Part shown: one piece after another, positions 54,939 through 64,000 of the stretch
Layout: the number at the start of each line of letters is the position of its first letter
Numbering within the stretch: position 1 is the first letter of the stretch
Assembly (NCBI GenBank): GCA_964556325.1
Contig: CAZKVS010000004.1
Location: 2,439 to 66,438, forward strand
Direction: 5' to 3'
Length of the DNA stretch: 64,000 bases
From: an uncultured Candidatus Saccharibacteria bacterium
GTDB taxonomy: Bacteria; Patescibacteriota; Doudnabacteria; UBA920
Translations under genes and position numbers: made by a program
Notes under the pieces: model-generated
What the model saw: only the letters and a program-made list of their open reading frames with translations
Database searches by the model: none
Told to the model about the DNA's origin: nothing

Positions 54939-56446
54939 GGTCTATAACAAGTGTATTAGTATTGTTTCTACTTTTCTGCGTAGCAACAACAGCTCTAGCG
55001 GGAACACTAACCAATCGAAGTGACACGTTAGGAACGTCCGCTATTGGTGTCGAGTCAAGCCACCGAATTACCTTTAAACCAAGTTCAACCATTCCTAGTT
55101 CGGGCACTATAACTATAACTCCAACTCCGAGCTTATTTAGTGTTCACCCCCGACTCGACTATCGTGATGTAGACATTCTCGTAAATGGAGTAGAACAACA
55201 CACCGCCCCTACTCCGGGCTCTGGAAATGGAAGCGCCCTTGGCGTCGTAGCCACCGGAGGAAGCAATGGCAGCATTGTCCTCACACTCAACGACACAGAC
55301 ACCATAATCTCTGGTAGTACGGTAGACATTCTCGTTGGTTCTATTGCCGTCTACGAAGCAGCTGGCCTTTTTGGTATTACCAACCCTAACACAATTGGTA
55401 GCTATCCTATTACCATAGAGACGGCCACGGCCTCCAATACACCCCTCGATACAAGCGTTATCGGAGTAGTAACCACAATCCCCGTAGGAATAACTGGCAC
55501 GTTTAATGGCAATGTTGTGGCCAATCCCACCTTTAGCCCGAACCCCGGCACATATGCAAACAGTATTGCAGTAACCCTGTCTACGACCACCCCTGGAGCC
55601 ACGTTGTATTACACAACCGATGGTAGCACTCCGACCGCAGGAAGCGCAGTATACTCCGGCGCGCTTACTATAAACCAAAGTACTGTAATACAAGCCCTTG
55701 CAACCGCCCCAGGTTACGCAGATAGCGCCGTAAGTAGTGCCACGTACATTATCACCACCACTGGCGGTAGTGGCGGAGGCGGAGGCGGAGGCAGCGGCCC
55801 CGTTGTTATCCCCCCCTTCACCCCACAAGCTGGGGAAACTATTATAGACGGCGGGGTTGGAGGACTCGCCTATGGGGGTTGTAGTAATGGAAGCACTATT
55901 ACTCTCACCATACCAGCCGGAGCTTGGAATGGCGCAGGATATGTTGCCCTCTCCTGTCTCCCCTATAGCACTTTTGAGAATAAAAATGGCGCTGCAAGTG
56001 GCGATGCTATAGCAGATACTATATTTGGAATATCGGTTACGGACAGCAATCACAGGCCTATTTATACAAGCCAGTCTCCCATAGCAGCTGTAATCACATA
56101 TACCCAGGGACAGTATCTCGGATTTTCAGACCCTTTCACCACCCAACAATTCAACAACTCTCGCTGGAACGAGCTTACATATATTCAAAATCAAAATACT
56201 CCCACGGTATTCAGTGCAGCCTTTACTACTATTGGTTCACTTGCCGTAATCGGATCGGCCAAAAACCAAAACTGTTCAGACAGAAAAGCGGATTTAAATT
56301 GCGATATGCATGTAGACTTAGTCGACTTTAGCATTCTCCTCTATTGGTGGAACAGTAAACAATCGGGTATACGAGCAGATATTAACAAAGATGGTATAGT
56401 AAATTTAATTGACTTTAGCATTCTCCTCTATTGGTGGACAGGCTAA
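54935..56446 (+). CDS. Secreted dockerin-containing protein (CHB_HEX_C-like Ig domain, Gly-rich linker, C-terminal type-I dockerin)
   Basis: Signal peptide; FSPNPGTYANSIAVTLSTTTPGATLYYTTDGSTP (chitobiase/hexosaminidase C-terminal-like); GGSGGGGGGGSG linker; two dockerin Ca-binding repeats ADLNCDMHVDLVDFSILLYWW / ADINKDGIVNLIDFSILLYWW. Confidence 0.75.
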   Translation: MRSITSVLVLFLLFCVATTALAGTLTNRSDTLGTSAIGVESSHRITFKPSSTIPSSGTITITPTPSLFSVHPRLDYRDVDILVNGVEQHTAPTPGSGNGSALGVVATGGSNGSIVLTLNDTDTIISGSTVDILVGSIAVYEAAGLFGITNPNTIGSYPITIETATASNTPLDTSVIGVVTTIPVGITGTFNGNVVANPTFSPNPGTYANSIAVTLSTTTPGATLYYTTDGSTPTAGSAVYSGALTINQSTVIQALATAPGYADSAVSSATYIITTTGGSGGGGGGGSGPVVIPPFTPQAGETIIDGGVGGLAYGGCSNGSTITLTIPAGAWNGAGYVALSCLPYSTFENKNGAASGDAIADTIFGISVTDSNHRPIYTSQSPIAAVITYTQGQYLGFSDPFTTQQFNNSRWNELTYIQNQNTPTVFSAAFTTIGSLAVIGSAKNQNCSDRKADLNCDMHVDLVDFSILLYWWNSKQSGIRADINKDGIVNLIDFSILLYWWTG

Positions 56447-56455
56447 GCCCTACAC

Positions 56456-57410
56456 TATGCGTATACGAACTATTTCAATCAGCATACTTGTGGCGAGTGG
56501 CATCGCACTAGTAAGCCCGACGCACGGAGCCCGTGCCGCAAATACAGACTTGCATATCTCCGGACCAAAAAGCGTAGCCCTAGGCCAAACTTTTTCTGTT
56601 CGACTCATCATGAGCAGTGCCAGCTCAATTAATGCAATGAGCGGAAACGTGCAATATTCTGGCGAGCTCTTAGGCGTTCAAGGAGTCAGCTACAATAGGT
56701 CCATATTCAAACTCTGGCAACAAACTCCTAATAACAGCCCCCAAACAAACCAGGTAGTATTTGCAGGCGGACTCCCCAACCCAGGCTTTAGTGGTGAAAA
56801 CGGAGAAATTATTCAAATAACCTTTAAAGCTCGAGCGCTCGGCACTGCGACGGTGCAGCTACTCAACAACTCACAGGTGCTTCTCAACGATGGACAAGGG
56901 AGCAGAGCAGAATGGTCAGCTACTCCCTACACGGTTCAAATAAACAAACCAGAAACAGAGCCTACTCCACCACCCGCCGAGCCCTCCCCAGTCGCGAAAG
57001 ACACGACACCACCCACCAATCTTGAACTCTTGATTGGCCACGATAGCCATTTATTTGAAGGTAATTGGTTTGCAGTATTTCGCGCTGAAGACTTGGAAAG
57101 CGGCATAGATCATTACGAACTGGCCGAGGTAGACAATAGCCAAACCTATCCTGTCGACACCGACTGGAGAAAAGTAACCAGTCCATACCAACTCTTAAAG
57201 CAGGAGCAAGGCACTAAAGTATTCTTAAAAGCTGTTGATAAGTCAGGCAACATAAGTACAATCAGCAGAGAGCATAAGCCCACACTCATATCCTTCCCTA
57301 GACCAGACTGGCGTCTCTTGCTCATATTAGCGGTCATACTTGCTCTAGGACTTATCCTGCCTATCTTTGTCTACCATAGAAAAAAACTAGAGGCCTCTGT
57401 ACAAAAGTAG
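56456..57410 (+). CDS. Membrane-anchored cohesin-like domain protein
   Basis: Signal peptide; cohesin-like beta-sandwich signature (GQTFSVRLIM.S...NAMSGNVQYSGELLGVQGV......NQVVFAGG...SGENGEIIQITFKARALGTATVQL); Pro/Thr linker; second beta domain; C-terminal TM + HRKK stop-transfer. Confidence 0.55.
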
Positions 57411-57474
57411 TTTTTTCTGCTACAATATATTTAAACCTGACTCAACTCAAGAAATAAAGATTAAATAAAAAAGC

Positions 57475-58605
57475 ATGAAGTTCCTCCAGAGGGTAAGAAA
57501 AGTTAGTTACAGAAATCTTATAAGCAAATTTGTTATTGGCACCTTAGTACTCAGTGGTATTCTCATTGCCCCACACCATGCCGATGCTGCTCAGGTCACT
57601 TCATTTTCTGACACGTTGACCAGGCTTAAGGCAAGCACCAACGCTAACCACGAAATATTTTTTGTGTCCCCAACAGGCATAGCCTCAACCGGCAACATGA
57701 CGCTTACCTTTACTGGTTTCTCTAACGCAACTGTGAACGCCATACTTTTTAGCGATGTTGACTTTGCTACTGGCAGCACCGCTGTTTGTACAAGCGCTGT
57801 TTACACTGAGCAAACTCTGGTTGCCTCTGGCGCCACCTCTGCCCAATGGAATGTGGCCACCGCCAGCCAAGTTATGACCATTACTTCCGGAGGTGCTTCA
57901 GCCACATTGACGGCTAACAAATGTGTTCGCATACGTATTGGAACCAACGCGACCAACCAAACAACTGGTGTAAACCAAATCCAAAACAATACGGCCGGCA
58001 CAGCTACTATCGCTGTCGGTGGTGGATTTGGAGACACTGGCACTATCGCTATACCTATTATCTCAAACGACCAGGTTACCATAAGCGCTACTGTAGACCC
58101 AACTATAACATTCTCTATTTCGCAAACCACAGTAAGCTTTGGCTCCCTTTCTGCTGCCACTGGTCGCTGGGCCACAAACGCCGGTGGCGCAAACGCCTCC
58201 GCAGCCACCGACCCTACAGCAGCCAACACCGCACATACCCTGACTGTTGGGACCAATGCAAGCAGTGGGTATACAGTCACATATAACGGCGCCCTTCTCA
58301 CAAGCGGCGCAAACACTATAGCAGCTGCTACTATCACTGGGGACAGCGATGGAACTGTAAACTCCAACCAATTTGCACTCTGCGGAAAAGGCACTTCTGG
58401 TAGCCCAACAGTTGCCTCTGGATATGTTTGTGGTACCAACAGCGACTATAACTTTGTAGCCGGCACAACAACAACGCTCGCGAGCGCAACTGCCCCCGCC
58501 AGCAGCGATGTGGTAAGCGTCGCCTATCTTGCCAACATTGCCAGCTCAAAACCGGCTGGTACATACACAACCACCCTCACTTACGTTGCCACGGGAAACT
58601 TTTAA
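57475..58605 (+). CDS. Thr/Ala/Gly-rich secreted surface protein with WxL-like C-terminal motif (AGTYTTTLTYVATGNF)
   Basis: Signal peptide (..IAPHHADA); beta-rich low-complexity; C-terminal AG-Y-x3-TLT(W/Y) resembles the WxL domain second motif of Firmicutes WxL proteins. Confidence 0.55.
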   Translation: MKFLQRVRKVSYRNLISKFVIGTLVLSGILIAPHHADAAQVTSFSDTLTRLKASTNANHEIFFVSPTGIASTGNMTLTFTGFSNATVNAILFSDVDFATGSTAVCTSAVYTEQTLVASGATSAQWNVATASQVMTITSGGASATLTANKCVRIRIGTNATNQTTGVNQIQNNTAGTATIAVGGGFGDTGTIAIPIISNDQVTISATVDPTITFSISQTTVSFGSLSAATGRWATNAGGANASAATDPTAANTAHTLTVGTNASSGYTVTYNGALLTSGANTIAAATITGDSDGTVNSNQFALCGKGTSGSPTVASGYVCGTNSDYNFVAGTTTTLASATAPASSDVVSVAYLANIASSKPAGTYTTTLTYVATGNF

Positions 58606-58620
58606 CCACTTTTAATAACC

Positions 58621-59625
58621 GTGTCAAAAACACACTCATTTTATAAAATTTTTACTATCAGCAGCCTTTTGCTGATAGTTTTTATTACACTCCCCAGCAC
58701 CGCTACTGCAACTACCATGTCACCGGTGCGCCTAGAACTCACAGCAAACCCGGGTGAAACTGTACAAACATCGGTCAAAGTCATAAACGAAACCCAAAAC
58801 TCTCAGGTACTGTACACAGCAACGCTAAACTTCGAACCAAAAGGAGATGAAAGCGGAGAGCCCAACTTTATATCCACCAAAGACGGACTCGCTGCATGGA
58901 CCAAAGCACCGAACTCCATTACACTAGGCCCAAAAGAACAAAAAACTATACCAGTCAGCATACAAATCCCCGCCGACACCGAACCAGGGGGGTACTTTGG
59001 TGCAGTATTTACCTCCAGCACCCCACCCAAAGAGAACGGGAGTGGAAGTGTAATGTTAACGGAACGCGTAGGCAGTCTTATATTGCTACGGGTCAATGGC
59101 GACCTAGCCGATTCCGGGGATATTCTTGAATTTAACACCAAAGACAAGTCCTACTGGCACACCTATTTGCCGATTAATTTATTCTACCGCTTTCAAAATA
59201 GCGGCCTAGACCGTGTCAGACCCCTGGGGGATGTGCTTATAAAAAACTGGTTTGGTAGAACTACCAAAATATTTGAAGCAAACCCAGAAGGCGGCAACGT
59301 ACTGCCAAAGAGTATTCGTCGGTTTAATATCAGCTGGAATAATGCTGATACGCAGGACGATCCAGCAGCGCTGAGCGGTTTCTGGAGCAAAGTACGTTAC
59401 CAAATACAGCACTTCGCCCTTGGCCCTTACACAATTCAGCTCAACTTAGCCTACGGGACAGGCTCATTGCACGCCGCAACTGCATCGGTAAAAGTTTTTA
59501 TGTTCCCCTGGCAGCTTGTGTTGGTAAGCACCATTAGCATTCTGCTGGCGTTCTTTATATCCCGTTTCTGTATTCGTCGTTACAACCGCTGGATAATAGG
59601 CAAAGCATCCAAAGCAAAAAGATAG
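58621..59625 (+). CDS. DUF916/DUF3324-like cell-surface protein with C-terminal TM anchor
   Basis: MSPVRLELTANPGETVQTSVKVINETQNS...EPGGYFGAVF resembles DUF916 N-terminus of WxL-locus (csc-type) proteins; C-terminal TM (LVLVSTISILLAFFI) + RRYNR. Confidence 0.55.
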   Translation: MSKTHSFYKIFTISSLLLIVFITLPSTATATTMSPVRLELTANPGETVQTSVKVINETQNSQVLYTATLNFEPKGDESGEPNFISTKDGLAAWTKAPNSITLGPKEQKTIPVSIQIPADTEPGGYFGAVFTSSTPPKENGSGSVMLTERVGSLILLRVNGDLADSGDILEFNTKDKSYWHTYLPINLFYRFQNSGLDRVRPLGDVLIKNWFGRTTKIFEANPEGGNVLPKSIRRFNISWNNADTQDDPAALSGFWSKVRYQIQHFALGPYTIQLNLAYGTGSLHAATASVKVFMFPWQLVLVSTISILLAFFISRFCIRRYNRWIIGKASKAKR

Positions 59626-59648
59626 ACCTTCTCACATATACCCCACAA

Positions 59649-59676
59649 TCAACGTGGGGTATTTTTTACATCCATG
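59649..59676 (+). terminator. Terminator accccac-aatcaac-gtggggt + T tract
   Basis: After 58621..59625. Confidence 0.55.
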
Positions 59677-59690
59677 ATAAAATTAACTAT

Positions 59691-60788
59691 ATGCGAAGCT
59701 TGAAGAAATTATTTTTATACATAAGTGTAGCGCTTGTAAGCGTCCTACCTTTTCCCACTCTTGCGGAAACGCTTTCGAGTTCAAATTATTCCGTAGAAAA
59801 TCCCTCTGTGGACGTGGGCGGCCAGCTCTCCAACTCAACCAACTATACTTCCCGCGACTCTATCGGAGGCAGCAACGACTCAGCCGCCACTTCTACAAAC
59901 TACAAAATATTCCCTGGGTTTATGCAGCACGCCTACCCTGGCGTCCCCGCTCAACCAACGCTTACAAACACCGGTGGCGTGCTCTATAACGCATTAGATT
60001 TTATTATGGCCACAGGAGCAGGCCAACAAACAGATACTGTCTATGCTATAGCTATTTCCAGCGACAGCTTTACCACTACTAACTTTATACAGGCAGACGA
60101 CACCGTAGGTAGCACTGCCGTATGGCAAAGCTATATTTCCTGGGGTTCAGGCACGGGACAACGCGTAACTGGCTTAGTTCCCAACACAACCTATCAAATA
60201 AAAGTAAAAGCCCGCTATGCAGCAGACACTGAGACCGCTTATTCTCTAACTGCAAGCGCAACAACAGGCGGCCCCACACTCACCGTATCATTCAGTGGAG
60301 TAAACTCGGGCACAGTTGTCGCCGGAGCCACAACGACAGTAACCAGCGCGGCCAACTCCATAACCTATGGATCGCTCACACCGAGCGTGACCGCTGTTGC
60401 AGCCCAGACAATTACCGTAAGCACCAATGCCACAGGCGGTTATACCACCACACTGCAACAAGACGGCAATCTTCGAAACAATAACGGCGATGCTATTAGC
60501 GCCACCACCGGATCCAACGCTTCCCCTGCGGCTTGGCCAACCGGCATTACCGCGGGCTATTTTGGCTATCATACAACCGATAGCAGCCTCTGCACTGGTA
60601 CCACCAGCCGTTTTTCCAGTAACAATACCTACGCTGCCGCAACTACGACACCTGCTGAAATTGCCTGCTCAACAACTACGGCAGCCAACGAGCAAACTTC
60701 TATCGTATACAAAGTCGAGGTGGGCACCTTACAAGATGCGGGAACCTACCAAAATATAATTACCTATATTACTACAGCTCAGTTCTAA
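59691..60788 (+). CDS. Thr/Ala-rich secreted surface protein, paralog with WxL-like C-terminus (AGTYQNIITYITTAQF)
   Basis: Signal peptide (..FPTLA); same architecture and C-terminal motif as 57475..58605. Confidence 0.55.
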   Translation: MRSLKKLFLYISVALVSVLPFPTLAETLSSSNYSVENPSVDVGGQLSNSTNYTSRDSIGGSNDSAATSTNYKIFPGFMQHAYPGVPAQPTLTNTGGVLYNALDFIMATGAGQQTDTVYAIAISSDSFTTTNFIQADDTVGSTAVWQSYISWGSGTGQRVTGLVPNTTYQIKVKARYAADTETAYSLTASATTGGPTLTVSFSGVNSGTVVAGATTTVTSAANSITYGSLTPSVTAVAAQTITVSTNATGGYTTTLQQDGNLRNNNGDAISATTGSNASPAAWPTGITAGYFGYHTTDSSLCTGTTSRFSSNNTYAAATTTPAEIACSTTTAANEQTSIVYKVEVGTLQDAGTYQNIITYITTAQF

Positions 60789-60791
60789 AAT

Positions 60792-61751
60792 ATGCGCATT
60801 CATCGCCTACAACACATTCTAGCGCTTGGATTCTTGGTTATGGCCCTCTTGGGCCTTGCCCACAAAAAAACTAATGCCCAGGAGCAAGAATTAATCGTGC
60901 AAGGCGTCCGAGTTTCGCCGTTTATCTTTGAACAAAGCTTAGAAAAAGGTCATTCTTTTAAAGGCGAAGTTACGCTCAGCAACACGACCAACTCCCCTAT
61001 AACCTTAGCCCTGGCAATACAAGATTTTATTCCCGCGGGAAGACATGGAGAGGTGCGTTTTTTACCTACCAACGAGCAGTCAGATGTTCACTTTTCACTC
61101 ACCGATTGGGTACAAATCACAACTCAGCCGAACTACACTCTCGCTCCTGGAGCTACCACCAAAACCGGCTTTACGGTAACAGCGCCTGTGGACGCCGACG
61201 ACAGCACACACTACGGAGGAATTGTGTTTTCGTTCAATAATGGTAAAACAGAAAATGGAACGGCAGTCATTCAAAGCGTGGGCGCCCTCCTCATTGTAAA
61301 AATTGGCCACTCAAATGGCCAAGGCACTATCCAAAGCTTTACCACCCCAAAACACCTCTATACAAACAGCTACGTCCCCTTCACTGTAGATTTTAATAAT
61401 ACGGGCAATACCCACTTGAGCCCAAAAGGTAAAATTGAAATATACAATGCTTTCAAAAAGCTTGTAGGCGTGGCATATATAAACAAAGATGCTCAAATTA
61501 GCCTCCCAAACACCGTCCGACAATTTGACAGCGACTACCAAGGCGGCTTTATGCTGGGTAAATACACAGCCAGCTTAACTATGTATTTCGGCAACCCCAA
61601 GCTAGAAGCTCGAAGCGTAGTGCAGTTTTGGGTCATACCGTGGAAGCCAATAATTAAAGCAATAAGCCTGACCATTCTCTGTGTTGCACTGCTCACTCTG
61701 GCTATTATCCGCTATAATACTTGGGTCATTAAAAAAGCTCGAAAAAAATGA
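60792..61751 (+). CDS. DUF916/DUF3324-like cell-surface protein, TM-anchored (paralog)
   Basis: VRVSPFIFEQSLEKGHSFKGEVTLSNTTNSPITLALAIQDF...HYGGIVFSF; C-terminal TM (ISLTILCVALLTLAII) + RYNTW. Confidence 0.5.
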   Translation: MRIHRLQHILALGFLVMALLGLAHKKTNAQEQELIVQGVRVSPFIFEQSLEKGHSFKGEVTLSNTTNSPITLALAIQDFIPAGRHGEVRFLPTNEQSDVHFSLTDWVQITTQPNYTLAPGATTKTGFTVTAPVDADDSTHYGGIVFSFNNGKTENGTAVIQSVGALLIVKIGHSNGQGTIQSFTTPKHLYTNSYVPFTVDFNNTGNTHLSPKGKIEIYNAFKKLVGVAYINKDAQISLPNTVRQFDSDYQGGFMLGKYTASLTMYFGNPKLEARSVVQFWVIPWKPIIKAISLTILCVALLTLAIIRYNTWVIKKARKK

Positions 61752-62722
61752 AGTCTCTAAATAAAATATGTACCCTTCTCGGACTCGGGCTACTTTGCGC
61801 AATAGTACCACTACAGGCCCAGGCCTTAACTGCGTCCCCGATTAAAGTTGAACTCAACACAGACCCCGGTAAAACTACTACCTCCCAGTTCAAGCTATAT
61901 AACGAGGGCAAAACTACCGAAACATTTTATATTCTCGCCCAAAACTTTGAAGCAAAAGGTGAGGACGGCACACCAACACTAGTGTCGGGCACTGACGGTC
62001 TTGCGGGCTGGATAGAACCAATAAATTCGGTTACGATCGGGCCAAAAGAATATAAAACCATACCACTTGCCATAACAGTGCCAAAATCCGCGGAGCCAGG
62101 AGGCTACTTTGCCGCCATACTTTCTTCTACAGTACCACCCGTAAGCAAGGGCAACCAAAACGTGCTCTTAGAAGGCCAAGTAGGGACCCTAGTTCTTTTA
62201 CAGGTAAATGGAGACTTTCAACAAGGGGCGCACATTTTAGAGTTTGGCACTAGCTCAAAGTCTAGCTGGTTTACTTCGCTCCCCGTTGAGTTCTATTATC
62301 GCTTTCAAAACGCCGGGGCAAGTTACGAAAAGCCCATCGGAGACCTGCAAATTAAAAATATTTTCGGCGGTACAACCAAAACCATCCCCACCAACTCCGA
62401 TCGGGGCAACGTGCTCCCCAAAAGTATCAGAAGATTTACTACTACGTGGTTTGGCGCCGAAGAAAACGGCAAATTCCCTAAGGGCTTTTTTAACCAGGTC
62501 AGATACGAATGGAATAACTTCGCACTGGGAAGATATACCGCCAATCTAAACTTGATTTACGGTAATAGTACGGACCAAACCGCCTTTGCTCACACCGCAG
62601 TCTGGATCTTCCCTTGGCAGCTTATACTGACCGTACTTGTCACCGCTATAGTAGTATTTGGCTTATCTATAAGCATTGCAGCCCTCATAATTTTACGTAT
62701 ACTAAAAAAGCGGCGTAAATAA
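61748..62722 (+). CDS. DUF916/DUF3324-like cell-surface protein, TM-anchored (paralog of 58621..59625)
   Basis: LTASPIKVELNTDPGKTTTSQFKLYNEGKTTE...EPGGYFAAILSS; about 45% identity by eye to 58621 product; C-terminal TM + KKRRK. Confidence 0.55.
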   Translation: MKSLNKICTLLGLGLLCAIVPLQAQALTASPIKVELNTDPGKTTTSQFKLYNEGKTTETFYILAQNFEAKGEDGTPTLVSGTDGLAGWIEPINSVTIGPKEYKTIPLAITVPKSAEPGGYFAAILSSTVPPVSKGNQNVLLEGQVGTLVLLQVNGDFQQGAHILEFGTSSKSSWFTSLPVEFYYRFQNAGASYEKPIGDLQIKNIFGGTTKTIPTNSDRGNVLPKSIRRFTTTWFGAEENGKFPKGFFNQVRYEWNNFALGRYTANLNLIYGNSTDQTAFAHTAVWIFPWQLILTVLVTAIVVFGLSISIAALIILRILKKRRK

Positions 62723-62743
62723 AGGCATAATTACAAAAACGAT

Positions 62744-62768
62744 AAAAGAGCTCACCATGAGCTCTTTT
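62744..62768 (+). terminator. Terminator aaaagagctcaccatgagctctttt
   Basis: After last DUF916-like gene. Confidence 0.6.
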
Positions 62769-63074
62769 AATTTTAAACAACATATAAAAGCCGCATATTT
62801 AAGCCAAGCCAACTTTGATATAGCACTCCTCCAGGAATACCCATAACCTACCAAAACAACTTAAAATCAATCTTATTTAAGCGCTTTATATCTATTGACT
62901 TTAGCAAAAATATGTGCTAAAATACTTATATGTTTTGTTAGGTTATGTGAGCAAAATATCTTACTATTACCTACCAAAAATCTTAGGTCGAAACAAAAAA
63001 CTCAACAAAAATTAAAAAACTCTTATATAAGCGGTATTCATTCTATACCGGCCAAAATAAGACAAAAAAATAAA

Positions 63075-63275
63075 ATGCCACAAAATCAAATGCCTGAGCT
63101 TCTTACACTCAAAGAAGCATGTGAGTTACTACGCGTACATGCAAATACCCTACGAAACTGGGAACGCGACGGTAAACTCCAAACTATTCGTATTGGTGCC
63201 CGCCGAGATCGACGCTTTACCAAAGCAAGTCTTGAGCAGTTTTTCCAAACGAGCAACCAAGTTATAGCCGCCTAA
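63075..63275 (+). CDS. Excisionase/Xis-family (MerR-superfamily) HTH DNA-binding protein
   Basis: 66 aa from Met 63075: ELLTLKEACELLRVHANTLRNWERDGKLQTIRIGARRDRRFTKASLEQFF matches the helix_turn_helix_17 / excisionase pattern. Confidence 0.55.
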   Translation: MPQNQMPELLTLKEACELLRVHANTLRNWERDGKLQTIRIGARRDRRFTKASLEQFFQTSNQVIAA

Positions 63276-63434
63276 ATTCTAGGTTGGTTTTATTTGTGCT
63301 CAAAATCAAAAAATTCAAACCAAAGCAACCACCGATGCACAGATGTCTCAGATAACGCTGATTGAAGCCAAAATTCGCTTTCAATCTACGTAATACATCT
63401 AATCTGCGCACCTGCGGTCAAACAAAAATCAAAG

Positions 63435-64000
63435 GTGTACCCACCCAAACTGAAATTTAAATTTACTTTTCGGAAGCATACTAAGTCGTATGCTCTTTTG
63501 GCGTTAATCGCCACTGCACTCAGCTGGGTACCCATCAATACAAACGTCGCGCAAGCAACTGTGCCAAAATATGTAAACTTCCAAGGCAAACTTACAAAAG
63601 TTTCCGACGGCACCAACGTTACCAATGGTAGCTATGCTTTTGAATTTAAATTATACGACGCCAGCACAAGCGGGACTTTACTTTGGACAGAAACCTACGA
63701 CCAACCAAGTGGCGCATGTACCAAACTTGTGGTAACGAGCGGCGTCTTCAATGCCAAGCTTGGATCCTGTGCCTCCTTGTCTGGCATAGATTTTACTGGG
63801 GGTTCCATATACCTCAGCGTAAACTTTGCTCCAACAGGCGTAAGCTACGATGGTGAAATGTCACCTCGGAAGCAACTCGTTGCCGCACCCTTTGCCCTGG
63901 TCGCCAACAGCGTATCCGGCGACGGACCCGTTAATACGGTAAACTCTTCTGCTACGGCCTTAACCGTAGCCAAGTCCGGAAGTAACTATGGCCTCCAAGT
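63435..64000 (+). CDS. Secreted protein, partial (runs off window end); start codon uncertain (GTG 63435 or TTG 63498)
   Basis: Open frame with signal-peptide-like N-terminus (KSYALLALIATALSWVPINTNVAQA) and beta-rich Thr/Ser/Gly composition; no ATG start, hence absent from the ORF track. Confidence 0.3.
   Translation, partial: MYPPKLKFKFTFRKHTKSYALLALIATALSWVPINTNVAQATVPKYVNFQGKLTKVSDGTNVTNGSYAFEFKLYDASTSGTLLWTETYDQPSGACTKLVVTSGVFNAKLGSCASLSGIDFTGGSIYLSVNFAPTGVSYDGEMSPRKQLVAAPFALVANSVSGDGPVNTVNSSATALTVAKSGSNYGLQ

Noticed and set aside
55133-56053. 306-aa minus-strand ORF
   Set aside because: Antisense to the dockerin protein gene; Gly/Cys/Arg-rich composition typical of the reverse frame of a Thr/Gly/Ala-rich gene; the sense ORF has signal peptide and dockerin motifs.
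57801-58439. 212-aa minus-strand ORF (and the 57921..58286 / 58063..58371 ORFs)
   Set aside because: All lie inside or antisense to the WxL-like gene 57475..58605 and are products of its biased composition.

Overview
The window reads as a gene-dense bacterial chromosomal segment with small genes, weak Shine-Dalgarno signals and strong hairpin terminators, most consistent with a Candidate Phyla Radiation/Patescibacteria-type genome. That placement is an inference, supported by the T4SS-pilin-like paralogs, UgtP-like glycosyltransferase, PaaX-like proteins and Gram-positive-style surface proteins.

Housekeeping genes recognised from the translations: galU, comM/yifB, lspA, recA, ftsK, hsp20, rnhB, rlmH, bactofilin, infB, rbfA, nrnA, rpsA, gyrA, rsmI, yebC, ruvC, tyrS, a class-A PBP, and the jag-yidC-yidD-rnpA-rpmH cluster.

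Thirteen tRNA genes were folded by hand. All encode CCA. One has a UAU anticodon (tRNA-Ile2-like) and two are tRNA-Ala with G3:U70.

Accessory content worth a second look:
- A tandem array of four TrbC/VirB2-like T4SS pilin paralogs at the 5' end of the window.
- A 9-kb surface-protein island (54.5-62.7 kb) combining a dockerin protein, an adjacent membrane-anchored cohesin-like protein, two WxL-like Thr-rich proteins and three DUF916/DUF3324-like anchored proteins, followed by an Xis-family HTH gene.
- A ~130-160-nt structured repeat found three times directly downstream of tRNA-terminator units, each followed by a partial copy of that tRNA's 3' end.
- Several other intergenic repeat families: MITE-like GC-rich double hairpins inside the rnpA/yidC operon, AT-rich palindromes flanking infB and other genes (one in-frame inside yebC), and 35-nt palindromes flanking a PaaX-like gene.
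- A free-standing HNH endonuclease between tRNAs, a solitary GHKL/MORC-like ATPase, and a DnaQ-exonuclease fusion protein.

No rRNA, CRISPR array or integrase/transposase gene was found.
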